A stretch of 63,865 nt of DNA, counting the filler, from an uncultured Methanosarcinales archaeon (lineage in GTDB: Archaea > Nanobdellota > Nanobdellia > Woesearchaeales > JAGLXL01): NCBI GenBank assembly GCA_964472345.1. It is 4 parts of 4 records of this genome, joined end to end, with 100 filler letters (N's around TTAATTAATTAA, not from the genome) between each part and the next. Parts side by side here need not be neighbours in the genome. Positions count along the whole stretch, not along the records: positions 40,227 to 59,634 come from CAYYLB010000016.1; 3 more parts are not named here. One strand, written 5' to 3'. Shown here in pieces: positions 47,732 through 57,859 of this stretch. The position numbers and the translations under genes are program-made. Within the stretch, counting starts at the first letter, position 1, and the number at the start of each line of letters is the position of its first letter. Under the pieces are notes generated by a model. The model was not told the origin of the DNA, did no database searches, and saw nothing but the letters and a program-made list of their open reading frames with translations.

Positions 47732-48381
47732 GGCCGCTGCGCAGGCTGGCGTGCGGCATCCGCTTCCTTGCTCTCCTTTGATGCGGCAGCATTCCCCCCA
47801 TTGCCCTCTTTCGCAGGGGCGGCGTTCTTCTCGTTGTTCTCATCCATGATCAGCACTGCGGAAGCGATGACTGTCGTCCAGATCCCGCCCTTGCCCTGCG
47901 CCGACTGCGTTATGTTCCGTGTCCGGACGATCTTGCCCGACAGCTTGTAGATCTGCTCCCGCTCGTCCCAGCTCAGGTTTTCGTCGTACGAGATGCCCAG
48001 CGTCGTCGCAAGCATGCTTGCCGCAAGGTCTTCCGCGTACTCGCCTGCCTGCTCGTCCGTCTGCCCCGTGCTGTGGTGCTCGCTGAGATATCCGTAGTCA
48101 TTCGGGTCAGCAGGGACCGCGATGCCGATGGAAGCCGCGACGAGCCGGTTGTTCTCATCGGTTTCCTGGCGTGCGATGACAAAGTGCACGATCTGCCCCG
48201 GTTTCAGCTCTGTGACGCCTTTCTCCTTCGGGATGATTTTGCAGTTCGGCGGCAGGATGCTCGACACAGAGACGAGGTTGAACTTCTCGATCCCCGCATC
48301 GCGCAGCGCCAGCTCGAAGCTCGCAAGCCGCTCCTTGTGCCGGCCGACGCCTTTCGTCAGGAACAGCTTTACCGGGATCAT
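47728..48381 (-). CDS. pdaD: Pyruvoyl-dependent arginine decarboxylase
   Basis: [32 protein letters not shown]. Confidence 0.92.
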   Translation of the reverse strand: MIPVKLFLTKGVGRHKERLASFELALRDAGIEKFNLVSVSSILPPNCKIIPKEKGVTELKPGQIVHFVIARQETDENNRLVAASIGIAVPADPNDYGYLSEHHSTGQTDEQAGEYAEDLAASMLATTLGISYDENLSWDEREQIYKLSGKIVRTRNITQSAQGKGGIWTTVIASAVLIMDENNEKNAAPAKEGNGGNAAASKESKEADAARQPAQRP

Positions 48382-48396
48382 CGCCGCTTCACCATG

Positions 48397-48774
48397 CTAC
48401 GCTTTCGCCTCATCAGTCAGCTGCCCGAGGCTGAACGCGCCGACCGCAAGCACCAGGTCGCGCACCGCGATATCATACGCCCCGAGCAGCACGAGATTGA
48501 GCGAGATCAGCGCAAGCCACGCAGCGACAATGTATGCCCCGATCTTGGTGAACTTGCTCAGGACAATGACGCCTGCGATGATTTCAGCGACACCGGCAAC
48601 CGCAAGGAACGCCGCCGCGCTGAACGGCAGCAGCTCCGCAACCAGCGGGCTCAGGTACGCATCCCACTGTGCAAGGATGTTGAAGAACTTGTCCAGTCCA
48701 GCGACAATCGGCAGGACGCCGAAGGTGATCTTCAGGAGCAGCCACATGCGGTGCAGCCTCTTGCTTGCAGCCAT
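48397..48774 (-). CDS. DoxX-like membrane protein
   Basis: PIVAGLDKFFN, WDAYL, EIIAG, YDIAVRD. Confidence 0.8.
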   Translation of the reverse strand: MAASKRLHRMWLLLKITFGVLPIVAGLDKFFNILAQWDAYLSPLVAELLPFSAAAFLAVAGVAEIIAGVIVLSKFTKIGAYIVAAWLALISLNLVLLGAYDIAVRDLVLAVGAFSLGQLTDEAKA

Positions 48775-48933
48775 GGCGGCAAAAAAGCGCACCTGCTTTA
48801 TAAGAGTTATGGTTGGGTTGGTGATAACTCTGATTGAGGCTTGTGAACTGTCGATGCACTGCTGGCAGGAGCAGGCTCTGTTCAACAACCGGCGACCATA
48901 ACCCATATATATCTAACCTCATTCATAACTGCC

Positions 48934-49749
48934 ATGCACAAAAGAGGCCAGGTGACGCTGTTCATGCTTCTCGGCGTGCTCATCCTTCTCGCGGTCGGCA
49001 TCACCCTGTTCCTTATCCTGCAGCGCGAAGAAGCCACCCTCGATGCCGCACAACCCCAAGACCCGCTGCCGGAGCAGGCCGCGCTCCAGTCATTTGTCCA
49101 ATCCTGCGCCGAGCAGACGCTGGACGATGCGCTGCGCATATTGGGGGAAAATGGCGGCCACCTCCCACGCCCTTCCTACCTCACCCTGCAATACACTGAG
49201 GATCGCTTCATAGCAGTCCTCTACGCAAAGCGCGTCGCACTTCTCCCGACGCATGAGCTGATCCGGGAAAGCCTCGAACGCTACCTCGCGGAGAACCTCC
49301 GCTACTGCCTTGATGACCTCGCGCTTTTTGAGGAGCAGGGCTGGGTTGCCCAGCTTGCAGGCGTCACGGCAGACCTGACCATCACCAACGAAACGCTCAT
49401 CACACACATCTTCTTTCCCGCAACCGTCACCCGTGGCAACCATTCATTTACCCTCGCCCCGGCGCGCGCGCAGCGCCAGATCGCGCTCCCCCGCCTGCTT
49501 GCGACGGTTGAGCGCATCCTCGCGGATGTCAGTATGCTCCAGCAGGAGCTCGACGCGGCAGCAGCGACGCGCAGCGACGACAACCCGAGCAACGACCGTC
49601 CGCCGCGCATCGAGCAGCTGCCGCGCACCTTCACGCGCAACGGCATCAAGATTACGCACCATCCTTATCCCAATAAGAACAACATCCTGTGGAGGGTGAG
49701 CGACGGCACGCTCGATTGGTATTTCGCGACCGCGCTTGAAGCGCCATGA
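48934..49749 (+). CDS. Class III signal peptide (type IV pilin-like) protein
   Basis: MHKRG-QVTLFMLLG hydrophobic helix; FVQSC..LGENGG pattern. Confidence 0.8.
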   Translation: MHKRGQVTLFMLLGVLILLAVGITLFLILQREEATLDAAQPQDPLPEQAALQSFVQSCAEQTLDDALRILGENGGHLPRPSYLTLQYTEDRFIAVLYAKRVALLPTHELIRESLERYLAENLRYCLDDLALFEEQGWVAQLAGVTADLTITNETLITHIFFPATVTRGNHSFTLAPARAQRQIALPRLLATVERILADVSMLQQELDAAAATRSDDNPSNDRPPRIEQLPRTFTRNGIKITHHPYPNKNNILWRVSDGTLDWYFATALEAP

Positions 49750-50846
49750 GACCGCTCCTGATCGCCATCACCATGATGCTGCTCAGCAGCCTTCTGGCGG
49801 CAGCTGCGCCTCAGGTGAGCTGCCAAAAGCAGGGCGGCATCGACTGCGCTGCCTGCTGCGCGCAGCCGCTCGGCGCCGCAAACACCCTCGCCTGCTGCCA
49901 GCCTGCAGCCTGCATCGAGCGCATTGCCGCCGCGACAACATTCCCTGGGCTTGGCGAGGTTCGTGTCGAGCGGCTTCCTTCCGGATCCTACCTTGTCTGG
50001 TACGGTGAAAAGGATGCAGTCTTCGGCGCGCGCCCCTTCGTTGAGGCGCATCAGAAGGAAAATGGGGAATACCAGTTCACCCTCAAGGGCTCCACCCACT
50101 CCTTCCGCGTGCGCGAAGGCACCTGCTCGGTTGATATTATCCCGCTCGAGCGGAAAGAATCCGGCTGCGCCCTCGATTTTTCCTGCGAAGCCTATTTCAT
50201 CATTGTCCCCGTTGACGGCAGCTGGCCCAGCCAGCGCCTCTTTGAGCGCGAAGCAGCGAATCGCGCCGCCTTTTTCCAGGACATCTCCTCGTTCAGGGAG
50301 CGCAGCACAGGGTTCCTTTTCATGCCCCTCAGCTTCACTGCAGGCAACTGTGATGTCGCCCGCGTCAAGGAAAATCTCAAAGACCGCAGCAGCCACCAGC
50401 GCATCAAGGATTGTGCCGACCGCTACGCGCAGTCCCTTGGCATCGGCTACGAGCGCGCCATCGGCTTCTCGAACAGCTACGGCCCGGGACGCACGTTCTT
50501 TGGCTACAAGGCCGTCTGGGCCTCGCGCGGCTACGGCCAGCAGGATCGGCCGGGGCTCGTCGCCCATGAGCTTGGCCATACCTATCATCTTTGCGATGAA
50601 TACAGCTACGCTGAATACGCAACGCAGGACCAGTTCTTCCGCGGTGACACCTGCCGGAATGACTTCCCTGCGAACTGCGGGCCCGCAGAGCAGTACTGCC
50701 AGGGCAGCACGCCGACGTACCGTGACTACCGCGGCAGGCCGCTCGACGGCGCCTGCCAGTCGCTCCCGGCCTATTCCGTCATGGGCTGGAGCCTCGCCAA
50801 TGAGTGCGGCTTCGACGCAACGGGCGGCTACGAGGCCATACGATGA
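49746..50846 (+). CDS. Secreted Cys-rich zinc metalloprotease (metzincin-like)
   Basis: Signal peptide; AHELGHTYHLCDEY; YSVMG Met-turn. Confidence 0.8.
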   Translation: MRPLLIAITMMLLSSLLAAAAPQVSCQKQGGIDCAACCAQPLGAANTLACCQPAACIERIAAATTFPGLGEVRVERLPSGSYLVWYGEKDAVFGARPFVEAHQKENGEYQFTLKGSTHSFRVREGTCSVDIIPLERKESGCALDFSCEAYFIIVPVDGSWPSQRLFEREAANRAAFFQDISSFRERSTGFLFMPLSFTAGNCDVARVKENLKDRSSHQRIKDCADRYAQSLGIGYERAIGFSNSYGPGRTFFGYKAVWASRGYGQQDRPGLVAHELGHTYHLCDEYSYAEYATQDQFFRGDTCRNDFPANCGPAEQYCQGSTPTYRDYRGRPLDGACQSLPAYSVMGWSLANECGFDATGGYEAIR

Positions 50847-51649
50847 ACCGGTACATGCTCTTCCTGGCAGCGGCACTTGTTCTCACCGCATCAGCGGTAT
50901 CCGCAGATCTCATGACTGAGTTCGATTTTGCCGTCGCAAGGAACGACAGCGTCGAGCTTGTGAAGATCATTTCCTACCCCGGGAATCCCGAGATGGTTGC
51001 CCCGCCAGGCTCCGCGTACACCCTGCTCCTGACAGACAATGATAACAGAACCGAGCGCCTGCTGCTCCCCGTCGCCTTGTATGTGCTCCATCCGCTCGAG
51101 GAAGTCGACGCTGCGCCGGCGTCCGTGCGCACCCGCTTCAATCCTGTGTGGGCGTCGCTTGAGCTGTTCCATGGCAACCGCAGCATCTTCAGCTTCTCGC
51201 TGTCAGGACTCTTCTGCAATCATGATGGCAGCTGCAGCGGCTATGAGTCAACGCTCACCTGCCCGGCGGACTGCCCCAGCGGCTCAGCAGATCGCTGGTG
51301 CGACGCCCGCTCAGACCTTGTCTGCGACCCTGACTGCCTTTCGCGCGATCCCGACTGCACCCAGGCAGCGCCGCAAACGCTCGTCGCGCTCATCAGGGAC
51401 CTCCCGGCGGCGTGCAACAGCGACGGCATCTGCGGCCTGTACGAGAACACGGCAAACTGCCCGGCGGACTGCAGCAGGCCGCTCACCACTGAGCGCATCC
51501 TTCTTTTTGTCGAGCGCCCGCCGCCATCCCCCCGGGAACGCGCGCTGCAATACCCGCTCACCGAGAGGCGCATCCTGGGCATCATCATGGTGCTCAGCGC
51601 ATTGCTTGTTGCCCTGCTTGCATGGGTTTATCTTCATCGCCGCCGCTAA
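50843..51649 (+). CDS. Membrane-anchored protein with Cys-rich repeats
   Basis: Signal peptide; CNxDGxC..E....CPADC twice; CDPDC..DPDC; C-terminal TM helix plus RRR. Confidence 0.75.
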   Translation: MNRYMLFLAAALVLTASAVSADLMTEFDFAVARNDSVELVKIISYPGNPEMVAPPGSAYTLLLTDNDNRTERLLLPVALYVLHPLEEVDAAPASVRTRFNPVWASLELFHGNRSIFSFSLSGLFCNHDGSCSGYESTLTCPADCPSGSADRWCDARSDLVCDPDCLSRDPDCTQAAPQTLVALIRDLPAACNSDGICGLYENTANCPADCSRPLTTERILLFVERPPPSPRERALQYPLTERRILGIIMVLSALLVALLAWVYLHRRR

Positions 51650-51736
51650 GAAATGGTACGATAGCAGCGTGAGCTGGCCATAAGGAAGAGTAGCGCCGCG
51701 CGAACGAATGGACTGCAACCATAACCGGCGACCCCA

Positions 51737-52348
51737 TCACCTCTTCCACTCCACCAGTTTCCCTGCGTTGATTTCGGTCGGGTCCGCGCGCCTCAGCGTC
51801 GCGATCTGCGCTCTTGTCAGCAGTGGGAAGTGCCGGACGTCTGCGAGATGGTCCGGGATGTACCACACATCCTCCTCAGCAGTCATCCAGCCGCGCCTGT
51901 CAAACCGCGACAGGTCCACCGGCAGCGAGTACGAGCGCAGCGTCTTCCTCCCGTCGTCCATAAAGTACTCGTGGAAGAAGGACAGCACCAGCTCCCGGAT
52001 GCTGCGGTAGACCGGCTCGCGGTAGCGCAGGACCGCATGGTTCGTCTTGGTGATGGCCCCCCAGCAGCCGTGCTGCCGGAAGACCGCAAGCACATGGTCG
52101 TCGTCCCGCTTCACTGCAGTAAGGTCAACCACCAGCGGCGCGTGCCCGTGAAGCCGCAAAGCAGCAGCCGCAAGCATCGCCCCTTCCATGCAGTGCGCCT
52201 TCCGCTCCCGCAGCACGCGCCGCGGCGACATGCACGTTTCCCCTTTTTCCTCGAAGTTGATCTGCAGCGTGTTCAGGAAGTCCTGGATTTTGCGGGGCGT
52301 GTTGAGCTTTTTCAGTAGGTGCAGTTCCCTGGCGTTGAAACCGGACAT
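51737..52348 (-). CDS. Conserved transglutaminase/papain-like fold protein
   Basis: AHCMEGA, DDDHVLAVF, WGAITKTNH, LRYREPVY. Confidence 0.7.
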   Translation of the reverse strand: MSGFNARELHLLKKLNTPRKIQDFLNTLQINFEEKGETCMSPRRVLRERKAHCMEGAMLAAAALRLHGHAPLVVDLTAVKRDDDHVLAVFRQHGCWGAITKTNHAVLRYREPVYRSIRELVLSFFHEYFMDDGRKTLRSYSLPVDLSRFDRRGWMTAEEDVWYIPDHLADVRHFPLLTRAQIATLRRADPTEINAGKLVEWKR

Positions 52349-54873
52349 CAGCCCCCCCGCACCGCTTCGCGAATGATAGCATACACCTCAGGATACTCAT
52401 CGGTGTCCAGCAGCTCCGTGTGCAGCGTCTCGAACCTGCTGCAGCTCCCTTTGACCAGCACGTTGCGCGCGCTGTCGAGCCACGCCCGCTCCGCAAGCAC
52501 GACGCCGTCGCCCTCATTCCCGTCCATGGCGCAGCCGGTGCCGACGATGTTCGTGACGGGGATGGCTGCTGCCGGGCCGCGGCTGAGCTTGTTCATGAAG
52601 AGGCTGTCCGCGTGCATGTCCCTGCACTCGAGCTTCTCCCCCACCAGCGGGCAGTAGTCCGCGATGTTTCCGGCGATGCCGCTGTTCGGCGTGCCGATCA
52701 TGATCAGCTTCGCGACGCGCTCGCTGCCGAAGACCTGCAGGTAGCGCCGCGCGACGAGGCCGCCCATGCTGTGCGCGACAATCACCGCCTTCGGCCTTCC
52801 GGTCCGTGCGGCGACGGTGTCCAGCAGCTCCTTCAGGCGGATCGCGTAGGTGTCGATGCTCTCGCTCTTCGCCTGCACCACCACATAGTTCTCCGGCTCG
52901 CGGAAGAGGTCGAGATAGTAGCTCGCCTTCAGCGTGAGCGGCACGCGCAGCATGCTCCACGCCCCCCGCGCTTCATCACCCGGAGTGTAGAGCGAGACCG
53001 CGCCTGCGCTGAGGTAGCCGTCCTCCTCGAGCCGCTGCTGGATCTTGTTGAATGCATCGAGGCTGTACTCTGCAGAGGTGTCCTTGTTGAACGCATGGCC
53101 ATGCAGGAAAACCACCGGGAAGAGCGCAGAATTCTCCCTGCAGGACGCGTCGACGCAGCACGCCTGGCACTGCCCTTTGAGGCAGCACTGCGGCAGAGGA
53201 TCAGCAAAGGAGATTCCCATGGGGACCGGGACGCCTGCTGCGAGGGATAGGTTGAGCACCGTAATGGGCTGCAGCACTTCAAGGCTCACATTCACGAATG
53301 CGCACGCTTCCGGAAGCTGCCGCGCCAGCTCCGCGTGGAGCGCTGCCGTAAGGTTCAGCCCCTCGTACGCAGCCGTTTCAAGTGGCGGCGCAGCAACCAG
53401 CAGCTCTTCTAGCAGCAGCGTGTTCGTCGCGTTCGGCGGCAGCTGCGCGCGGTACTGCGCGGTGATGTTGCTCTTCAGGTTCCGCAGCTTTGCGGTGATG
53501 TTCTGCCGGAATTCCGTCGTATTGGGGTAGCTTTCGTCGGCGCTTCCGTTTATCGGCGGAAGGGCGAGCGCCGCTGCACGCACAGCACCGGTGAGTGTAC
53601 ACGCATCTGCCAGATCCGCCCGCTGGACCGCACGCTCCGCGATGGAAGGATGCACGGCGCAGATGCCTGAGACGATGCACAGCGCGTCTGCGGAGATGTC
53701 CGCTTCAACCGCACGCACAAGCGCTTCCTCCTCCTGCTCACGCCGGAGCCGCAGAGCATCTGCAAGCAGCTCACGCGCCGGCGGCGCGACGATTGCTTCT
53801 TTCTCTTCAAGCGCTATGCGCTGCCCGAACGCCTCAGCGAGCGCACCGAGCGCACTGCTGCTTTCGTTCACTGCTGCGGCACGCGAGGCGTTCGTGAAGG
53901 CCTGCGCGCGCAGTTCTGCGATTGCCTGCCAGGCCGCCTGCAGCTCCTCACCTAGCGCGTCAAGCCGCGAAATGTTCCCCTCAACGCTTTCAGTAAGCGC
54001 ACCGAGCGCCGTTTCCGTCTCAGCGATGCGCGCCTGCAACGCGCCAAGCTGCTGCACCACCGCTTCCGGATCCTGTGCGCTCCATGCTTCCTGCAGCCGC
54101 CCGAACGCTGCGCGGTGTCCGGCAAGCTGCCCATCGATCAGCGCCGCTTCCTGCAGCAGCTCCTCAGCCGCAAGCGTTTCGTTCAGCGCAGCAACCGCAT
54201 CATGCAGCGCCGCCTGCCGCCCCTGCAGTTCAGCTCCCTGTCCGAGCAGCGCGGCAATGGCCTGCCGTGAGCGTTCCTGCGCTTCCTTCTCTTCCGCCGT
54301 CAGGTTTCTCGCGGCCGTCAGCAGGATGCTCCGCGTCGTCGGCTCCTCGTCGGTATGGCAGAGCAGCGTCTTGACGCTTTTGCACGTCACCCGGAAACGA
54401 TACAGGTCGAGCCCCGTCCCCGCGCGCGCAGCGTGGATCGTGTACATCTTCCGCTCAGGGATCGCCGGGCGCAGGGAGAACGACGCTTCCTCGACGATGC
54501 TCCCGCTGCTCAGGTCCTCGAACACCGAGCTGCACGCTGCCGAGCAGAATGGGTTGGTGGTGACGCTCACGTCGAAAGTGACGCTCGCGTTACCGCCGTG
54601 CACGAGGGAGAGCGCTTCCGTGTCCGCCGCAAGGCTGATGATGATGTCATTCCCCAGCAGGAAATTGGCGAGCAGCGCGAGCTTGGTCCCGAAGAAGCCG
54701 AGCAGCGCGAGGACGACGAGCGCCATGGCCAGCACGGGCAGGCGGTGCCTCCTGATCCATGAGCGGAGCCGGCGCAGTTTCGTATGCCTTGCCTTTGCTT
54801 CTTTCTTCATGGGCTCGTGCAGCCGCCCGCCTGGCAGCGTTTCTTTCCGCCTGTTTTTCCGTTTGTTCTCCAT
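52348..54873 (-). CDS. Membrane-anchored alpha/beta-hydrolase (lipase-like) on a long helical stalk
   Basis: N-terminal TM helix; Ala/Leu/Glu-rich coiled coil; VVFLHGH, AHSMGG, IGTPNSG, GDGVV, C-terminal His. Confidence 0.8.
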   Translation of the reverse strand: MENKRKNRRKETLPGGRLHEPMKKEAKARHTKLRRLRSWIRRHRLPVLAMALVVLALLGFFGTKLALLANFLLGNDIIISLAADTEALSLVHGGNASVTFDVSVTTNPFCSAACSSVFEDLSSGSIVEEASFSLRPAIPERKMYTIHAARAGTGLDLYRFRVTCKSVKTLLCHTDEEPTTRSILLTAARNLTAEEKEAQERSRQAIAALLGQGAELQGRQAALHDAVAALNETLAAEELLQEAALIDGQLAGHRAAFGRLQEAWSAQDPEAVVQQLGALQARIAETETALGALTESVEGNISRLDALGEELQAAWQAIAELRAQAFTNASRAAAVNESSSALGALAEAFGQRIALEEKEAIVAPPARELLADALRLRREQEEEALVRAVEADISADALCIVSGICAVHPSIAERAVQRADLADACTLTGAVRAAALALPPINGSADESYPNTTEFRQNITAKLRNLKSNITAQYRAQLPPNATNTLLLEELLVAAPPLETAAYEGLNLTAALHAELARQLPEACAFVNVSLEVLQPITVLNLSLAAGVPVPMGISFADPLPQCCLKGQCQACCVDASCRENSALFPVVFLHGHAFNKDTSAEYSLDAFNKIQQRLEEDGYLSAGAVSLYTPGDEARGAWSMLRVPLTLKASYYLDLFREPENYVVVQAKSESIDTYAIRLKELLDTVAARTGRPKAVIVAHSMGGLVARRYLQVFGSERVAKLIMIGTPNSGIAGNIADYCPLVGEKLECRDMHADSLFMNKLSRGPAAAIPVTNIVGTGCAMDGNEGDGVVLAERAWLDSARNVLVKGSCSRFETLHTELLDTDEYPEVYAIIREAVRGG

Positions 54874-54914
54874 CTTGCAGCAGCACGTCCAGCGGGCTCT
54901 TCACCTTCTCGGGC

Positions 54915-55292
54915 TCAATTCCTGTTCCCTTCAAGCGCCCATTTCAGGGCAGGCATCACCCTTATGCTCTTCCCGTCTCTCCTGATATCTTCCGTCTGTT
55001 CGAACGTCAGGACTATCCCTTCCGGTAATCGGAATGTGTTCATCGCATCAAGAAGCCCTCTGAGCTCTCGTTCCCTGTTGGAATCATCGAGGGAGTAGCA
55101 GACCTGTATCGCATCGGTTATTTTCGTTCCTTCCTTTGCCACAAAATCACATTCATTCCTGTTTGCGTAGTAGTATACCTCCTTGCCTTTTCGTTTTAGT
55201 TCGATGAAGATGGCATTTTCGAGGTTTCTCCCTTTGTTCGGCGTGAACGTCAGCCCGCAGACCTTGAGTTCGGTTTCGAGCTTCTGGAGCAT
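54915..55292 (-). pseudogene. Chimeric remnant: integrase-like first residues fused to DUF4143 C-terminus of an AAA+ ATPase
   Basis: MLQKLETELKVCG then GRNLENAIFIEL...ECDFV...AIQVCY...RERELRGL; no Walker A. Confidence 0.6.
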
Positions 55293-55395
55293 ACAACCTC
55301 TTTTTGCAGTGTTTGATGACTGCGTGAGAAGTTTGTTTAATCCGGTTTATTTAAATGTTTGTTGCTGCGCCGCACGCACATTCCATTTATCGACG

Positions 55396-56322
55396 CTACG
55401 CTTCCTGCGGGAGGGGCTTCACGTTCCGGCGCACCAGTTCCTGCCACACCAAATATTCTTCCATTTTTCCCAGTGCTTTGGCCAGCTCGATTTCGGCGGC
55501 CTGTGCAGCGTCGTGGCCGCTGGCGCACAGCGACTCATGGTACGCAACAATCTGCTGCTGCCATTCTTCAGGGGCTTTGTCCACGGCGACAAAAAAAAGA
55601 CTGCCGGATGCGCGCCCAGGCAATCCATCAATTTCCCCACTCTTAACTAAAACATACTTGATCTTATCGCCCTTGAAGGTAAAGCTTCGCTCCAGCCCTT
55701 CATTGATCTTATCCCAATAGAGCTGGGATAAACCTTCGTGGGGGTCTTGGAGATCCATCCGACCCATCCTGTAGCCGTTCCCTTTCTTTTGTGGGGGTTG
55801 CTCGCTCGGCTTTGCCACGGCTTGCGCGCTGCCGCCAAAGAAGTACCCCCTTGCCCGCCGGGGATTTTTCGCGTACGCAACAAGGTCATCGATGACGTTC
55901 TCAGCCTTGAAAGGTCCGCCGCTTTGGTATTCTCTGAAGATTCCCTCAAGCTGGAAGTTTTTCATCACCTCTGCAGTTACCATTCCATCTCTTTGGAATA
56001 AAAACTTAAGTTCTAAATACTCGCACCTGTTTTGGGGGAGCACGTCAACAAGAACATACTCAGAAACATCACCATCAACAACATCGCCCAACTCGGAATA
56101 GGTAGTAGCATCCTTCACCTTCCGAATCGCTTCCTCCGACGGGTCATCAATGCACTCCCTGGCGATGATGAGGGATCTCTTTCGCGACACCAGACAATGA
56201 ACACTAAACTCCCCTGGATCCTCAAGGCTCTCAACAGCCTTCCCTGCTGCTTCAAGACTTCGGATGAGATAACGGCTCCAAAGCTCGTCCGGCCCGCGTT
56301 GCAAGAGATCGTGTGGTGCCAT
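55396..56322 (-). CDS. Hypothetical protein
   Basis: 308-aa ORF; C-terminal AYHESLC..GHD.A...E could bind metal. Confidence 0.55.
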   Translation of the reverse strand: MAPHDLLQRGPDELWSRYLIRSLEAAGKAVESLEDPGEFSVHCLVSRKRSLIIARECIDDPSEEAIRKVKDATTYSELGDVVDGDVSEYVLVDVLPQNRCEYLELKFLFQRDGMVTAEVMKNFQLEGIFREYQSGGPFKAENVIDDLVAYAKNPRRARGYFFGGSAQAVAKPSEQPPQKKGNGYRMGRMDLQDPHEGLSQLYWDKINEGLERSFTFKGDKIKYVLVKSGEIDGLPGRASGSLFFVAVDKAPEEWQQQIVAYHESLCASGHDAAQAAEIELAKALGKMEEYLVWQELVRRNVKPLPQEA

Positions 56323-56422
56323 TGTTGTGCAGTTGATGGGTCTTTTATTTAAGCTTTTCTATTATTGTAATCATCTAGTAGTTACAAAAAGAAAGGTTTA
56401 TAAATGAGCACAACCTAAGGCA

Positions 56423-57298
56423 ATGAAAAGGAAACCGAATCAAAAAGGAAACCGAATCATGGACACTTACGCACCATCGGGCTACCAAAGAACACAACTG
56501 CCTTGTATACTGGCGAGCAGACTTGAGCAGACATTAGGTGAAATCGGCAGGCGATACTATCCTTCTGAACTGGATGGCTGGCTACAACTCACGAAGGAGA
56601 ATGTTTCGGGACTAGGGATCGAAGGATTGCGTAGTCTGCAAGGCTTGATTAATCAACGCAGGAAGGATCTCCACGAAGGGGCGCATCGGGTATCGAAAGA
56701 TGTGCCCACACCCGGCGCAGCCAGCCCCACAATTCACCCTAGTTTAGTGGGTGAAGGTGCCCGCGAATACTTAACCAAAGACCCCCTTCTGTGCGAGATG
56801 CTGTTTGGTTCAGACTTTAACCTCTTCTCGACTCGTGATGGCTGTACTGATAGCCACCTCAACCTTTATACTGCAATGGCTATAAGTGAGTTGGTTATCT
56901 CAGAGGATGACCCATCCCGTGCAGTCCTTATCGCCGATGATGTCTTTGCGTTACTCAACGGTTCCGTGTTTTATGAAAACCAAACCACTCTCACCGCGTT
57001 CAGCGCATTCGTCCGTGGACTGGTCTGTTATTACCTCTCTACCAGATACTCGGAAATCCACGCTGCCTCGGGAAATGATGATCATGCAGAGCTTGCGGAG
57101 GCTTATACTAATGAAGGCCGAGCCCATCAAGAAACGGCAGTAAAGTACCTCAGAGAAACCCATCCTTCGCTCAATAACCAACTTTCCGAAATTCTTAGCG
57201 CAAAACACTCCATGCTTCTTCAGAAGGAATTTTCCTTCGGCCCTCATCGGAAAAACGGCAGCCCTGCAAAAAGTGCTGAACAGGAACCCCATCGATAA
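56423..57298 (+). CDS. Hypothetical protein
   Basis: 291-aa ORF after BRE/TATA GAAAGGTTTATAAA (56391-56404). Confidence 0.55.
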   Translation: MKRKPNQKGNRIMDTYAPSGYQRTQLPCILASRLEQTLGEIGRRYYPSELDGWLQLTKENVSGLGIEGLRSLQGLINQRRKDLHEGAHRVSKDVPTPGAASPTIHPSLVGEGAREYLTKDPLLCEMLFGSDFNLFSTRDGCTDSHLNLYTAMAISELVISEDDPSRAVLIADDVFALLNGSVFYENQTTLTAFSAFVRGLVCYYLSTRYSEIHAASGNDDHAELAEAYTNEGRAHQETAVKYLRETHPSLNNQLSEILSAKHSMLLQKEFSFGPHRKNGSPAKSAEQEPHR

Positions 57299-57379
57299 AT
57301 GGGATGAAACCTGCCCACAGGTACCCTGAAAGCGCCAGGATACCACAAGTTATAAAAACCCAACAACACTTACAGCACT

Positions 57380-57793
57380 ATGGGCATCAGTGATTGGTTG
57401 CGAATGGGAAAAGCGCCAGGAAGCGCTCTGTTAGGCGAGGACAAACCAGTCAATGATCAGGTCGCAGCGATACTTGCGTGGGCTCTTGCGGCTCAAAAAG
57501 CGGTAGGAAACGAGAAGTACACAGAAGCAGATCGGCTCCTCGTAGATGTGTACAACCAGGCAAGGCGTGTACTACGTAAGCATAAAAGCAACATCGGCGG
57601 TGAGTTGAAGAAAAATTTGCTGCAAATCCAAGCAGTTGTACTTGATGACCTCCTCCCGACAGTACGGCGCTTAGCGGAACAAAAAAAATCGCAGCGAAAA
57701 TCACTATTTCAAGTTACAAAAAAAACTCTCCGTACGGGCACCAATTTTAATCTTCTTATTAGTGAAGCAACCAAAGCAAGCAGGTTAGTGTAA
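57380..57793 (+). CDS. Hypothetical basic helical protein
   Basis: 137-aa ORF after TTATAAAA. Confidence 0.55.
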   Translation: MGISDWLRMGKAPGSALLGEDKPVNDQVAAILAWALAAQKAVGNEKYTEADRLLVDVYNQARRVLRKHKSNIGGELKKNLLQIQAVVLDDLLPTVRRLAEQKKSQRKSLFQVTKKTLRTGTNFNLLISEATKASRLV

Positions 57794-57859
57794 CACTCTC
57801 GATAGTCAGGATGCTCACGCCGCTCAGCCCAACAATGGAAGCCCCGAAAGCAATCCTCC

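Noticed and set aside
53591..54985. Long antisense ORFs (e.g. 464 aa here; also 49665-50876, 25602-26648, 8488-9576)
   Set aside because: Shadow frames of GC-rich genes with low-complexity Ser/Ala/Arg translations
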